Shown: in pieces, positions 14,301 through 24,815 of the stretch
Layout: every line of letters starts with the position of its first letter
Position numbering within the stretch: position 1 is the stretch's first letter
Source: Octopus bimaculoides
Taxonomy: Eukaryota
DNA: 64,000 bases
Direction: 5' to 3'
NCBI RefSeq assembly: GCF_001194135.2
Contig: NC_068987.1
Location: 81,346,829-81,410,828 of the forward strand
Made by a program: the position numbers and the translations under genes
Notes under the pieces: model-generated
The model's input: the letters and a program-made list of their open reading frames with translations, nothing else
What the model was told of the DNA's origin: nothing
Databases searched by the model: none

Positions 14301-14372
14301 TCATTGTGAGAAAATTGAGCCTAAATTCATAACTTTTGGATCTGTTTCTATATTTAAGAGATGAGGAATTAT

Positions 14373-14744
14373 GTACATTATTTACATCATTTACATTCCA
14401 TGGATATTTGTCCTCATCTTGTTTGTTGTAAAAAAAAAAAACCTTTCGGCTGATATACCCTCCAGCCTTTTTCAGGTATTTTGGGGAAATTTCAAACCTG
14501 GGTTCTCATTCCTAAGGTATTTTTCGATGTTATTGTTATTATTATTATTATTATGATTATCATTGTTGTTATTGTTCAGGTTACTGCTTGAAATCGAACT
14601 CGGAATCTTGGGGTTAGTAGCCCGCGCTCTTAACCATTACGCACGGGCATATGGCGTAGTGGTTAAGAGCGCGAGCTACTAACCCCAAGATTCCAAGTTT
14701 GATTCCAAGCAGTGACCTGAACAATAACAATAATAATAATAATG

Positions 14745-14786
<42 letters not shown>

Positions 14787-14928
14787 TCGAAAAATACCTT
14801 AGGAATGAGAACCCAGGTTCGAAATTTCCCCAAGACACCTGAAGAAGGCTGGAGAGTATATCAGCTGAAACGTTGTGTTAACAACAAACAAGATGAGGAC
14901 AAATATCCATCAAACGTAAATAATGTAC
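14373..14928. mobile_element. Head-to-head inverted pair of a tRNA-headed element with (AAT)n body and Penelope-like tail
   Basis: Arms 14373-14642 and 14654-14928 are reverse complements around an 11-nt spacer. The head has an A box tggcgtagtgg and a B box gtt(c/t)gatt(t/c)c. The tail has ctgaagaagg...gaaacgtt. The direct repeat tttggatctgtt lies at 14335-14346 and 14929-14940. Confidence 0.85.
14834..14879 (+). ncRNA. Minimal type I hammerhead ribozyme-like motif
   Basis: Stem I GACAC(14834-38)/GTGTT(14875-79); core CTGAAGA(14839-45); extra A; stem II GGCTGG/TCAGCT with an 8-nt loop; GAAAC(14867-71); GTT triplet (14872-74). Stem III is loopless inside the palindrome AACGTT. Confidence 0.55.
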
Positions 14929-15764
14929 TTTGGATCTGTTGTTCATCTTCTTAACCACTTAAGTTACTACATCACATCAGTGGAACATTGATATTAGCTA
15001 TTTTATTTGTCAAGAAGCTTATCAAATAATAAATATCTATGAGACACTGACTGAATACGACTTGAGTGATTTGTCAAACCATGCATTAAATCTTTGCAAT
15101 ATAGTAAGAGACACAATAATAGCTTAATCATTAAAATATTAACTTTTTCAAAATTTTAAATGCAATCATCATAATTCTGTTCAAATACATCACTTATTAT
15201 TAAGGAATTAAATGGGCTTTACACATGCAGGTCTGTTATATTTTAGATATTTTCTTCAGATTATGAAATATTTTCATATTGCTGATTAAAGTTAAAATAC
15301 TGGCATTAGAAATCTACAAACTCTTGAAGGGCCTTTATTGTTTACTTCTTCAATTCTAATTTCAGCTTCCTAGCATTAACATCGCATGACATCAACACTC
15401 AATACTGCAGTTTAACATATCATTATTCATTTGTTCATTCATTTACTTATTCCTCTGACAGGTATCATTGTTGCAAAAGCTGTAGAGTACTTCTGTACTT
15501 GCTTCTAGAAATAACAACTAATGTTTACTTTGCAATTGAAAAATCATTATGTTAAAAAAGTACCTAATGTTATAATTTTTACCTGTATTGTTTAAATCAT
15601 ACATCTATACTGCATTGACAGGAAATGTTCTCATAAACACCACTGAAGCTCTTCAACCCAGATAACCACAACTAATTATAGTCTGATTTTGGGATCTCTG
15701 GTTAGCATCTTTTTATAAGAGTAAAAGTATGTACAAGGAAGTATGTAAGATACCTTCTATTTTT

Positions 15765-16503
15765 TACTTATTTCAGTCATTAGACTGCAGTCATGCAGGA
15801 GCACCACCTTGAAGAATTTTTAGTCGAATTTATTGACTCCAGTACTTATTGTTTTTAAGCCTGGTACTTATTCTGTTGACCAGTTTTTCTGAATTGCTAA
15901 GTTACGGTGATGTAAACACACCAACACCATTTTTCAAGTGGTAGGGGTAGGACAAAGACACATAAAGATATGGTACGTAAAAAGCACCATTTGAGCGTGA
16001 TCGTTTCCAGCTTTGCCTTACCGGCACTTGTGCCAGTGGCATGTGAACAAAACATTGGACTGACTCTTGTGCAGGTAGCACGTAAAAAATACCGTTTGAG
16101 CATGGCTGTTGCCAGTACCGCCGGACTGGCCCTTGTGCCGGTGGCACGTAAAAAGCACCCACTACACTCTCAGAGTGGTTGGTGTTAGGAAGGGCATCCA
16201 GCTGTAGAAACTCTACCAGATCAGATCGGAGTCTGGTGTAGCCATCTGGTTTGCCAGTCTTCAGTCAAATCGTCCAACCCATGGAAGGCGGATGTTAAAC
16301 GATGATAATGATGATGATTATATATATATATATATATATACACACACAATGGCTTCTTTCAATTTTTGTCTACCAAATCCACTTACAGTGTTGACCTATG
16401 ACTATTGTAGAAAACATCTGTCCAATGTGCCATGCTGTAGACTGAACCTGGAACCATGTTATTAGGAAGCAAACTTCTTACCAAACACCAATGCCTGCAC
16501 CTA
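15765..16503 (-). mobile_element. SINE family A, interrupted by an RTE 3' tail
   Basis: The head lies at 16340-16503 (reverse complement ggtgcaggcattggtgtttggtaagaag...ggttcagtc) and the 3' part at 15765-15970 (reverse complement ...ggtgctcc...cagtc...tgactgaaat). Confidence 0.8.
15971..16318 (+). mobile_element. RTE-type LINE 3' UTR/tail
   Basis: Repeated gtggcacgtaaaaagcacc subunits, then ttaggaagggcatccagctgtagaaac...ccaacccatg...gttaaacgatgataatgatgat. The same tail occurs at 18181, 27608, 51023 and 61311. RTE assignment rests on the matching ccaacccatg end of the RT-bearing copy at 17445. Confidence 0.7.
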
Positions 16504-16964
16504 TGTCTTTATCATTTGTTGATATTGCTATCGTGAACTTAACATGTGGAAATGGTAGATGCCATTATGCAGTTGGTTAAACATGTTTCTCTAGATTTGG
16601 AGTTGGGTCAAAATATCCCAGCTTGCTTGCAGCAGAGAAAAATAATTTAGGCTCTTTGTATTAAACAAAGAAGCTTCTTTTATCATTTGTTGAATTATTA
16701 TTTGAAAATACTTTTGAATGATTAAAACATAGCTGTAAACAAATTGTTGTGATTTTATTGTTTACTGACATCTATAAAATATGGAAAGAAATATTCACAT
16801 TACAATGACTCAGCATAATATGGGATGCAGAGCACGATTTGCATGCCTAGAATACATGACTGAGATAAATATATAGATACATACACACAGATGCACTCAC
16901 AAGTGATTGTATATCTATGTGAATGTATGCATATACATTTGAAGTACATATGTATGTGTGTAAT

Positions 16965-17080
16965 TATGTATGCATGCATGCATGTATGTATGTATGTATG
17001 TATGTATGTATGTATCTGTCTGTCTGTCTGTCTGTCTGTCTATATATCTAGCTATCTAGCTAGCTCGCTTTCTTATTCCA

Positions 17081-17145
<65 letters not shown>

Positions 17146-17150
17146 CTCTG

Positions 17151-17201
<51 letters not shown>

Positions 17202-17220
17202 GTCTGTCTGTCTATCTATG
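16965..17220. repeat. Compound microsatellite (TATG)n(TCTG)n(TC)n(TCTA)n
   Basis: Directly visible; accounts for ORF 16891-17223. Confidence 0.95.
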
Positions 17221-17444
17221 TAGCTATCAATCAGCCATCTTCCTTTCTATTGTTTTTCACACACAGGTACACATGCACGTGCGCACACACACACACACAC
17301 ACACACACTCTAAATCTACAAGATTAAAGAGAAGGAAAAATTTATGAGGTTATTTTAATTTCCACCTGTCTCTTGCAATTTTGTTTTTCATTTTTTTTTT
17401 GTTTTTTATTAAATTCTATTTTCTCCATCTTTCATTTTATGAAC

Positions 17445-18060
17445 ACATATTTCTGTGCTATCATGGGTTGGAAGAGTCTCAGTCTTTTACAACATGTTGT
17501 TATCACAATACTTTGTCAACCCATACATAGAGCTTTGCATCTTGGAACATGACATCATAGCTCCTTTCCACATCCTTCTTGATTTCCTTCTTTTAACATG
17601 AATACCTTTAATCCCTTCTCTCTCATTTGTGCTCTGCTTTTCTTGCAGGTTAACATTACACAGCTAACAGATCACACTCTTCTCATTTTTCTTCAACCTT
17701 GGTATATCTATTTGATGCCCTTGTCTCACTAACGTTTATTACAGATTCAGTATGTTGTCTGTCTTTTGAATGGAGAAAGAAACTACCTGTTGCCAATAGA
17801 AATAATAGCTTTCTGAATGTCCCTTTCCTTCCTCTTGCAACTATGTTTCCATTATAGTTAGCTGTTGCAGAATGTAGATCACCTAGGTAACAGAAACAAT
17901 TAACTGCATCTAGTAAGCCACCGGAGCATTTCACATACTGCATTTCATAAGAGCTGCTACTACTAACTACATCTCTGTGTTTACACATAGTGACATGATG
18001 TGAAAGTCTGTACATGATTGCTCAGCATGCCAGAAATAGCACCATCTTGCACTCAAATCA
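17445..18060 (-). mobile_element. RTE LINE reverse transcriptase C-terminal relic
   Basis: ORF 17683-18015 contains LDAVNCFCYLGD and RKGTFRKLLFLLAT, matching the RTE motifs VDSFCYLGD and KKFRELLPLL. It continues through a GRPR..W-like region to a ccaacccatg tail. Confidence 0.8.
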
Positions 18061-18180
18061 GAGTCTGCTCCCTTTTAAAACAAATAATACAGAAGACAGT
18101 ATAGAGCTAATATACAAAACAAATTAGATGGTCATGGCTGGAATACATTTGCTGTTTGGTCTGCTTCTCCACAGATGACC

Positions 18181-18403
18181 TGGTATGCCACATAAAAAGC
18201 AATGGTGATGATACCACATAGAAAGCACCAAGTACACTCTGTAAATTAGTTGGCATTAGGAAGGGTATCTAGCTGTAGAAACCAAGCCAAGACAGATTAT
18301 GGAACCTGGTGTGGCCCCTGGTCCTGCTAGCTCTTGTCAAGTTGTTCAACCCATGCCAGCATGAAAAACAGATATTAAATGATGATGATGATGGTGATGA
18401 TGA
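18181..18403 (+). mobile_element. RTE-type LINE 3' tail
   Basis: ggcattaggaagggtatctagctgtagaaac...caacccatgccagcatgaaaa...(gat)n. Confidence 0.75.
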
Positions 18404-18487
18404 ACTAAGCAGGATCAGTGGTGTTGAAGGACTGCATATCCTAATGCAGAGAAGAGTAACCCTATACGGATGCAATCAAAACTCATA

Positions 18488-18652
18488 GGCGCAGGAGTGG
18501 CTGTGTGGTAAGTAGCTTGCTTACCAACCACATCGTTCTGGGTTCAGTCCCACTGTGTGGCACTTTGGGCAAGTGTCTTCTACTATAGCCTCAGGCCAAC
18601 CAAAGCCTTGTGAGTGGATTTGGTAGGCGGAAACTGAAAGAAGTCCGTCATA

Positions 18653-18709
<57 letters not shown>

Positions 18710-18919
18710 ATGTGTGTGTGTGTGTGTTTGTGTGTCTGTGTTTGTCCCCACAACCTCGCTTGACAACTGATGCTGGTGTGTTTACGTCTCTGTAACTTAG
18801 CGGTTCGGCAAAAGAGATTGATAGAATAAGTACTAGGCTTACAAAGAATAAGTCCTGGGGCCGATTTTCTCTACTAAAAGTGGTGCTCCAGCATGGCCAC
18901 AGTCAAATGACTGAAACAA
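18488..18919 (+). mobile_element. SINE family A, full length
   Basis: tRNA-like head ggcgcaggagtggctgtgtggtaag...ggttcagtcccac, internal (TA)n(TG)n, tail ccagcatggccacagtcaaatgactgaaac. Confidence 0.9.
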
Positions 18920-19589
18920 CTTAAAGAGAGTGTTAAAGAGAAGCCTTAATGATAAGGGTAATGATAAGGGTACTCAGTTATGAAATATCTGCTAATTACC
19001 CTTACAACTGTTCATTGAATTGTTATCACCAACTTTATAAAGAGGGTTCATACCTGCAGAGTTGGTACTGTACATACTGTGCATGAGAAGAGTCTTGTCA
19101 CATGTGTGAAACTCTAAAGCATCATGGAGAAACCACCTGAAGAAGTGATAATATCTTTCTTTTAAGGTTCTTAATTTCAGGTCTGTCAATACAAGTGTAA
19201 GAGAATAGTTGAAATGTTAGAGTAAGGACTAGTTGAAGTGTGTGCTGTGCAACAAATGAAATGGAGAGAGGTTTCAACTAGATTCCTGTAAGGCAAGGAA
19301 TACTGCAGAAACACTAGCTGTGAAATGGTCATTTTTATCAGCAAAAAGCTTTAAGTAAAATGAACTTGTATTTATTGCAAATGATTAGCTTCTAGTGTTC
19401 AACTAAGATATCCAAACTTTCATCCATATTAATAAGTAGTTTCTGCAACTCTTTTTCAGCATCTTGGAAGGGAGAGTTAGGTGATTCTTGATTAATCACA
19501 ACACCAAAACTGATTTAATCCTCATAAGAAACAACCAAAAGCCATGTGGTCTCACTGCTGGAACAAATTCCACAACAGCACCAAATATT

Positions 19590-19820
19590 TATTTCTTTAT
19601 TGTCCACAGGGGGCTAAACATAGAGGGGAAAAACAAAGACAGACAAAGGGATTAAGTCGATTACATCAACACCAGTGCGTAACCGGTACTTATTTAATCG
19701 ACCCCAAAAGGATGAAAGGCTAAGTCGACCTCAGCACAGATTGAACTCGGAACATAACGGCAGATAAAATATTGCTGAGCATTTCGCGCAGCATGCTAAC
19801 CTTTCTACCAGCTCGCCGCC
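19590..19820 (-). mobile_element. SINE family B with 16-bp TSD
   Basis: Reverse complement starts ggcggcgagctggtagaaaggttagc. TSD aacagcaccaaatatt at 19574-19589 and 19823-19838. Confidence 0.92.
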
Positions 19821-20730
19821 TTAACAGCACCAAATATTAAAGTATTAAAATATGGAACATGTGAATATGATTGTACACTTATCATTTTAATTTTATATCA
19901 TCATCATCATTGTCACATGATAACATGTAATTCTGGGAAGCTTGTTACATGGTCAGGCCATCAGCTACTAAACTGACACATCCACCAGGCTGACTTTATG
20001 GAGAGGGTTGCTAGAAACCTGGCAGGTTAAACCAAATCATGTCAAAAGGTTGAATGAATCTAGCATACACTCAGTGTCTATCTTGCAAGAGCATATAGAG
20101 ACATGTAAGTACTTGATATGGTGAACAAATGCACTGTAAGTCCTCTTTAGGAGTAATGAACCCTTAATTCTTGTCAGAACATTTGTCTTGGAATAGAATC
20201 CCCTGAGAGGATAATTTTGTATTTGTTTCTCCTACTGTAAATAATTTCATGTAGAGCAACTTCTTAGAACAACAAAGAGACAATGAACCTTTAAAAGTGA
20301 TTATTGTTATTGCAACATTTTAGGTATCATGCATCTCTGTTACAACTTTGAGGTGTTTTAGCTATGATGAAATTGGCTGGTTTGATCCTCACTTCAAGCA
20401 CCTTAGAGCTTTGTGGTCCAGTAAAGGGGTTTAAATTGACTGTGAAACAAAATTTACGTTAATACATGTGCAAAATTGGCACTTTGAACAGAAGTACCAT
20501 ATATGTAGGTATTGTGTCATTAATTTTGCACTGGAAGAACTAAATCTTTAAAGTATCAATAAATGTTATAAATTGTTACTTCTGGTCCAAATGCATTCTA
20601 GGATACCTTAGTTGAAACTAGTTGACAGCCATTGGTAATAAACACAACATATTTGGGTTTTTTTAAAAAACTTATTTGCTGAATAAAATCATTGATTCAT
20701 GGTTATTGTTTCCCATTACAATTTACTCAG

Positions 20731-20921
20731 CTGAAACTTGGAAATACGACAAAGGCTATAACAAAGGAAAAAAATGTCAGATGTCAATTACGGCCAAGCT
20801 TTGACAAATTCCTAAAAATAATGGACCCATCGAAATATCTATGGAAGAACTTTGTGAGAAATGCTGAGTTGTTTATTGCTACTAAAAACATATATCTTCA
20901 AATATCTATTCGAAAATGTTT
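20731..20921 (+). CDS. Candidate internal exon of an unidentified gene
   Basis: Acceptor tttcccattacaatttactcag, donor TTT/gtaagt; 191 nt open in only one frame (LKLGNTTKAITKEKNVRCQLRPSFDKFLKIMDPSKYLWKNFVRNAELFIATKNIYLQISIRKC). No homology recognised. Confidence 0.3.
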
Positions 20922-23334
20922 GTAAGTGTTGTGAAGTGGTAACTGTAGTTGTACATGGTATCACCAGTTTGGTTTAAGTAATTTTATTATGTTAATTAGA
21001 CTCACAAGAAAGTGAACACAACTAATAAAACATTATATGATTTTGTTGATATCCTAAGAATACAAGCTGAGAAAGCAATAAGGTTCTTAAAGAGAAAATA
21101 AACTGCAATAAATCATTGGTAAACAATTTCAATAAAAATACTAGTTGTGAATGTTATAAGCTGTTGGAATATGACCAACCAAATATTGAAGTGTTGGTAA
21201 CCTTGTCCATACTGCTAATATTGGCAAACACTAAGAATTTTACAGATGGTAAAAGTGTTTGTAAATGTGTTACTGAACCACCTCCCCACCAATATGAACC
21301 ACATTACAGCTTCACTGTTGGATAGAACTACTTTAAGATATTTCTACAGCTTTGGTTTGGGATACTAGAACCCTACTAGAATGCTATAGACTTTAACTTC
21401 TTCTGAATGCATTTGATTTGTGTCTATATTTTATAACTACATATAATTTTGAGAAGTTGAAAAGGATTATAAAATAAAGAAAAAAGGGTACATTTACTGC
21501 AAGAATCAAGATAATTTTTTGTTTTATTTGTTCTTGTACAACTACAATTGGTATATATACTTTGTTCTGACACTTATGCCACACATACATACATGCTGAA
21601 AACATTTATAAAGTTTTAAGAATTTGACTTAAAGCATTTTTTTTCTTTTGGTAGTTCTTTCATGTTTTGTTTAAAGTTATTTTAATGCTTCTAGAAATAT
21701 TTCTCATATCAAATTTCCATGTCATGAACTTTTCAGACTTCAAATTCATATCCATTTCATGAAGGTGAAGATTGCAATTTTAATTTTTTTTGTTTTTGAC
21801 ACTATGTTTACAACCTGAATAAGCACACATTGACCTTGTGTTAATGGAAGAGGAGTCCCCACCTCACTGCACAACCCAGTTCTGGAAGAAAGTTACCATG
21901 GCAAAATGTTGCCAAGGTATTTTAGTTACATGACTAAAGGATAAAGTCAGAAGCTTAGAGAGCCTGAATGTTAGAGAACAAGATTAAAAGCAGGAGTAAA
22001 AATAAAAAATAAAATCCAAAATAAATGAAGTAAGAAAACACTAGATTCACTTTCTGAGGTGACAGGGAAATATTTTCTATCACTGCTGTATTGCCTCCTC
22101 TTTATTATGCTTGAAGTGAAATTCATTCCAAGTCAATCAAGTATAGAATTAAAAGCAAACTGTCAAATTAAAGTGGTTTTTTTTCCCTATTTTATTTATA
22201 ACCCAAGTTTTACTAGATTCTGTATATGTATATACATATTCCCTGAAATTCTGTTGAAAGTCCTATAGCTTGTCTAAAATGTGTGATATTTTAACCAAGT
22301 ATGTTTTCTATCTGCTCTCCAGAATGGAGACACTCATGTCTCCATTCTGGTGAAGCAAATGAAACAGGCTAGAGATTCAAGTAATTATTTGGATTGATTA
22401 GCTTAAGCCATAGAGTTAGCATTGGCAGTCGAGTACAACATTAAGGAGTTAGACACTCCCATTGTAGAGTAACACAAGTGCATCAAGCTTCACACCAAAC
22501 ACAACTGAGGTTTTCTCCAAGGACAATTGACATCTACAAGTGCAACTGGTTTTACAGTAAGCAGAACAAGCATCAATAACATCTGCAGGATTTTATGAAT
22601 GGAACTTATGGCTTCTATGACAATTATGGCTTACTTTTATGAATGAAAATTTAAGCTTGTATCATTGCTGTTGTGAAAGTTTTGACATGTATTATGTGAC
22701 TCAGGCTGAGCCATGGTTTTAATTGAGGCTAGGAATTCACTGATGGTGCTAAACTAGGAAGTTGAACAATCGATTGAACAAATATATACTAAGCCCATTA
22801 CAGTATTGACTCTGTTATAGCAAAATGAATTAATTTTTCTGGATATTTCTTGTTTATCTTTCTATTTTAACACTACACAGTAGCAAGTCTCTAAAACACC
22901 ATGTTTTAGTACAATGTTTAAATGTTTAAAGTACAATTAAATGTTTTAAAGTACAATTAAATGTTTTAAATTGCTAATTCCAGTTCAGTTGCATCATAGG
23001 ATACATTATCTGAAGACTGCCAGACAGCCATCTACAATATTATGTATACATTTTGATCAGCCTTACTGATGTTGAGCATTTCAGCCAAACAAAATGATTG
23101 ATTCATGGGTACAGACTCTTGTTATGATAAATACATGCTTTCACTGGAAAAGATAAAGTTAGCTATTCAATAAATAGAAATAGAAAATCTATAAAATAAA
23201 TGCCAGTCTAAATACTAACACTGTTATAATGTCTAAAATCCTTGAGATAGTGTGAGATAGTATGGCTGCATTCCAATGACTGAAACTAATGTATAAATGA
23301 AAGTGTATGGGTGTGTGTGTGTGGGGGGGTGTAA

Positions 23335-23470
23335 GCATGGTTGAGTGGTTAAGAAGTGAACCTCTTAATCCTATGGCTTCAGGTTCAGTCTACCACATAG
23401 CATCTTGGTTTTCTGTCTACTATAACAGTATGTCAACCAATGCCTTCTGAGTAAATTTGTTAAGGGAGAA
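23335..23470 (+). mobile_element. Degenerate SINE family A head
   Basis: gcatggttgagtggttaagaag...ggttcagtctacca...ctactata...accaatgccttctgagtaaatttg. Confidence 0.55.
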
Positions 23471-24368
23471 TATTTGTTTACAATTTATGATAAGGTTTAT
23501 CATTTAATAATTGCTGGCATATTTACATTAAACCTCAGATTATCCCTTATATACTGTATCTGAAAACTAAATCCTGTATCTGAAAATTAAAATCTGAAAG
23601 TATTTTCAGTAAGAGAAATACCACAAATGAAAAATTTCAGAAAGGTTCCTGGACAATGTATAACTATTGTGAGCCATATATTATCTGCTAGCTATTGGGG
23701 CTGATCTCACCTGCCTTGTGTTGATCTCACTAAGTCTATGTTAATTGGTGCCAGTTTATTGCCAGTAGTCATCATTGCAACATCCATTCATGTGCATCAA
23801 TTACCATGTTTTGTGCCTGATACTGTTAAAAATGTCAAAAACGACAAGAAATATCCCTGTGGGTAATAGTGAAAATTAAAGAGATAAAAGTTATGCTTAT
23901 CAATTCCTTAACTAGCTAGCTGGTAGAAAACTTGACAGCAGTGAAAAATTCAACAACATCTAACTGAGGTGTTTTGAATTGGAATAGCCATTATAAGTGA
24001 CCCTAAGAAACAGATGAACAAATTTGAATTTCCATGCTGAAAGTAATCAACAGAAATCGATATTATATATATATAGACACAAATATTCTATAATTATATA
24101 CATAATTATAATCAAGGGTCAGCTAATTGCTTCACCATGCACTGATTTAAAAATAGGAGCTAAATGCCTTTTCTACTACCATAAAGATCTCCGAGACAGT
24201 AACACTTTTTTATGTACGCAAAAAGAAAAAATAATGAATCCACATGACTCAGATTAGCTACATACACATTTTGAGATTAAAGTAAAGTTATATTTACTTA
24301 TTTATTTCTCATCTTCAGTGCAGCATTAATTAATTGATTAATTAATTAATTAGTTTTACCCTTTTATT

Positions 24369-24372
24369 ATCA

Positions 24373-24445
<73 letters not shown>

Positions 24446-24446
24446 C
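24369..24446. repeat. (ATT)n microsatellite
   Basis: Long uninterrupted attattatt run just upstream of a SINE A head. Confidence 0.95.
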
Positions 24447-24452
24447 ATCATA

Positions 24453-24815
24453 GGCGCAGGAGTGGCTGTGTGGTAAGTAGCTTGCTTACCAACCACATGG
24501 TTCTGGGTTCAGTCCCACTCTGTGGCACCTTGGGCAAGTGTCTTCTACTATAGCCTCGGGCTGACCAAAGCCTTGTGAGTGAATTTGGTAGGCGGAAACT
24601 GAAAGAAGCCCATCGTATATATGTATATATGTATGTATGTGTGTTTATGTGTCTGTCCCCCCACCATCGCTTGACAACCGATGGTGGTGTGTTTATGTCC
24701 CCGTAACATAGCAGTTCAGCAGAAAAAGACTGATGGAATAAGTACTAGGCTTACAAAGAATAAGTGCTGGGGTAGATTTTCTCGACTAAAGGCGGTGCTC
24801 CAGCATGGCCACAGA
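24453..24815 (+). mobile_element. SINE family A inside the Tigger relic
   Basis: Near-identical head to 18488; ends at ccagcatggccacag. Confidence 0.9.

Noticed and set aside
14646-14722. Functional tRNA gene (also the heads at 18488, 28039 and 50116)
   Set aside because: A and B boxes are present, but no complete acceptor stem is evident and the sequence continues into SINE body.
16891-17223. 110-aa ORF and similar ORFs at 14614, 14742, 18521, 27349, 43681, 51733 and 62658
   Set aside because: They are open only because they run through microsatellites (YIYI, CVCV, LSLS, poly-L/I).
17445-18403. Twin-priming 5' inversion of one RTE
   Set aside because: The minus-strand RT fragment runs into its own 3' tail near 17450, so these are two separate back-to-back insertions.
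22905-22970. 20-bp tandem repeat aaagtacaattaaatgtttt
   Set aside because: An ordinary slippage duplication of 2-3 copies, with no sign of function.
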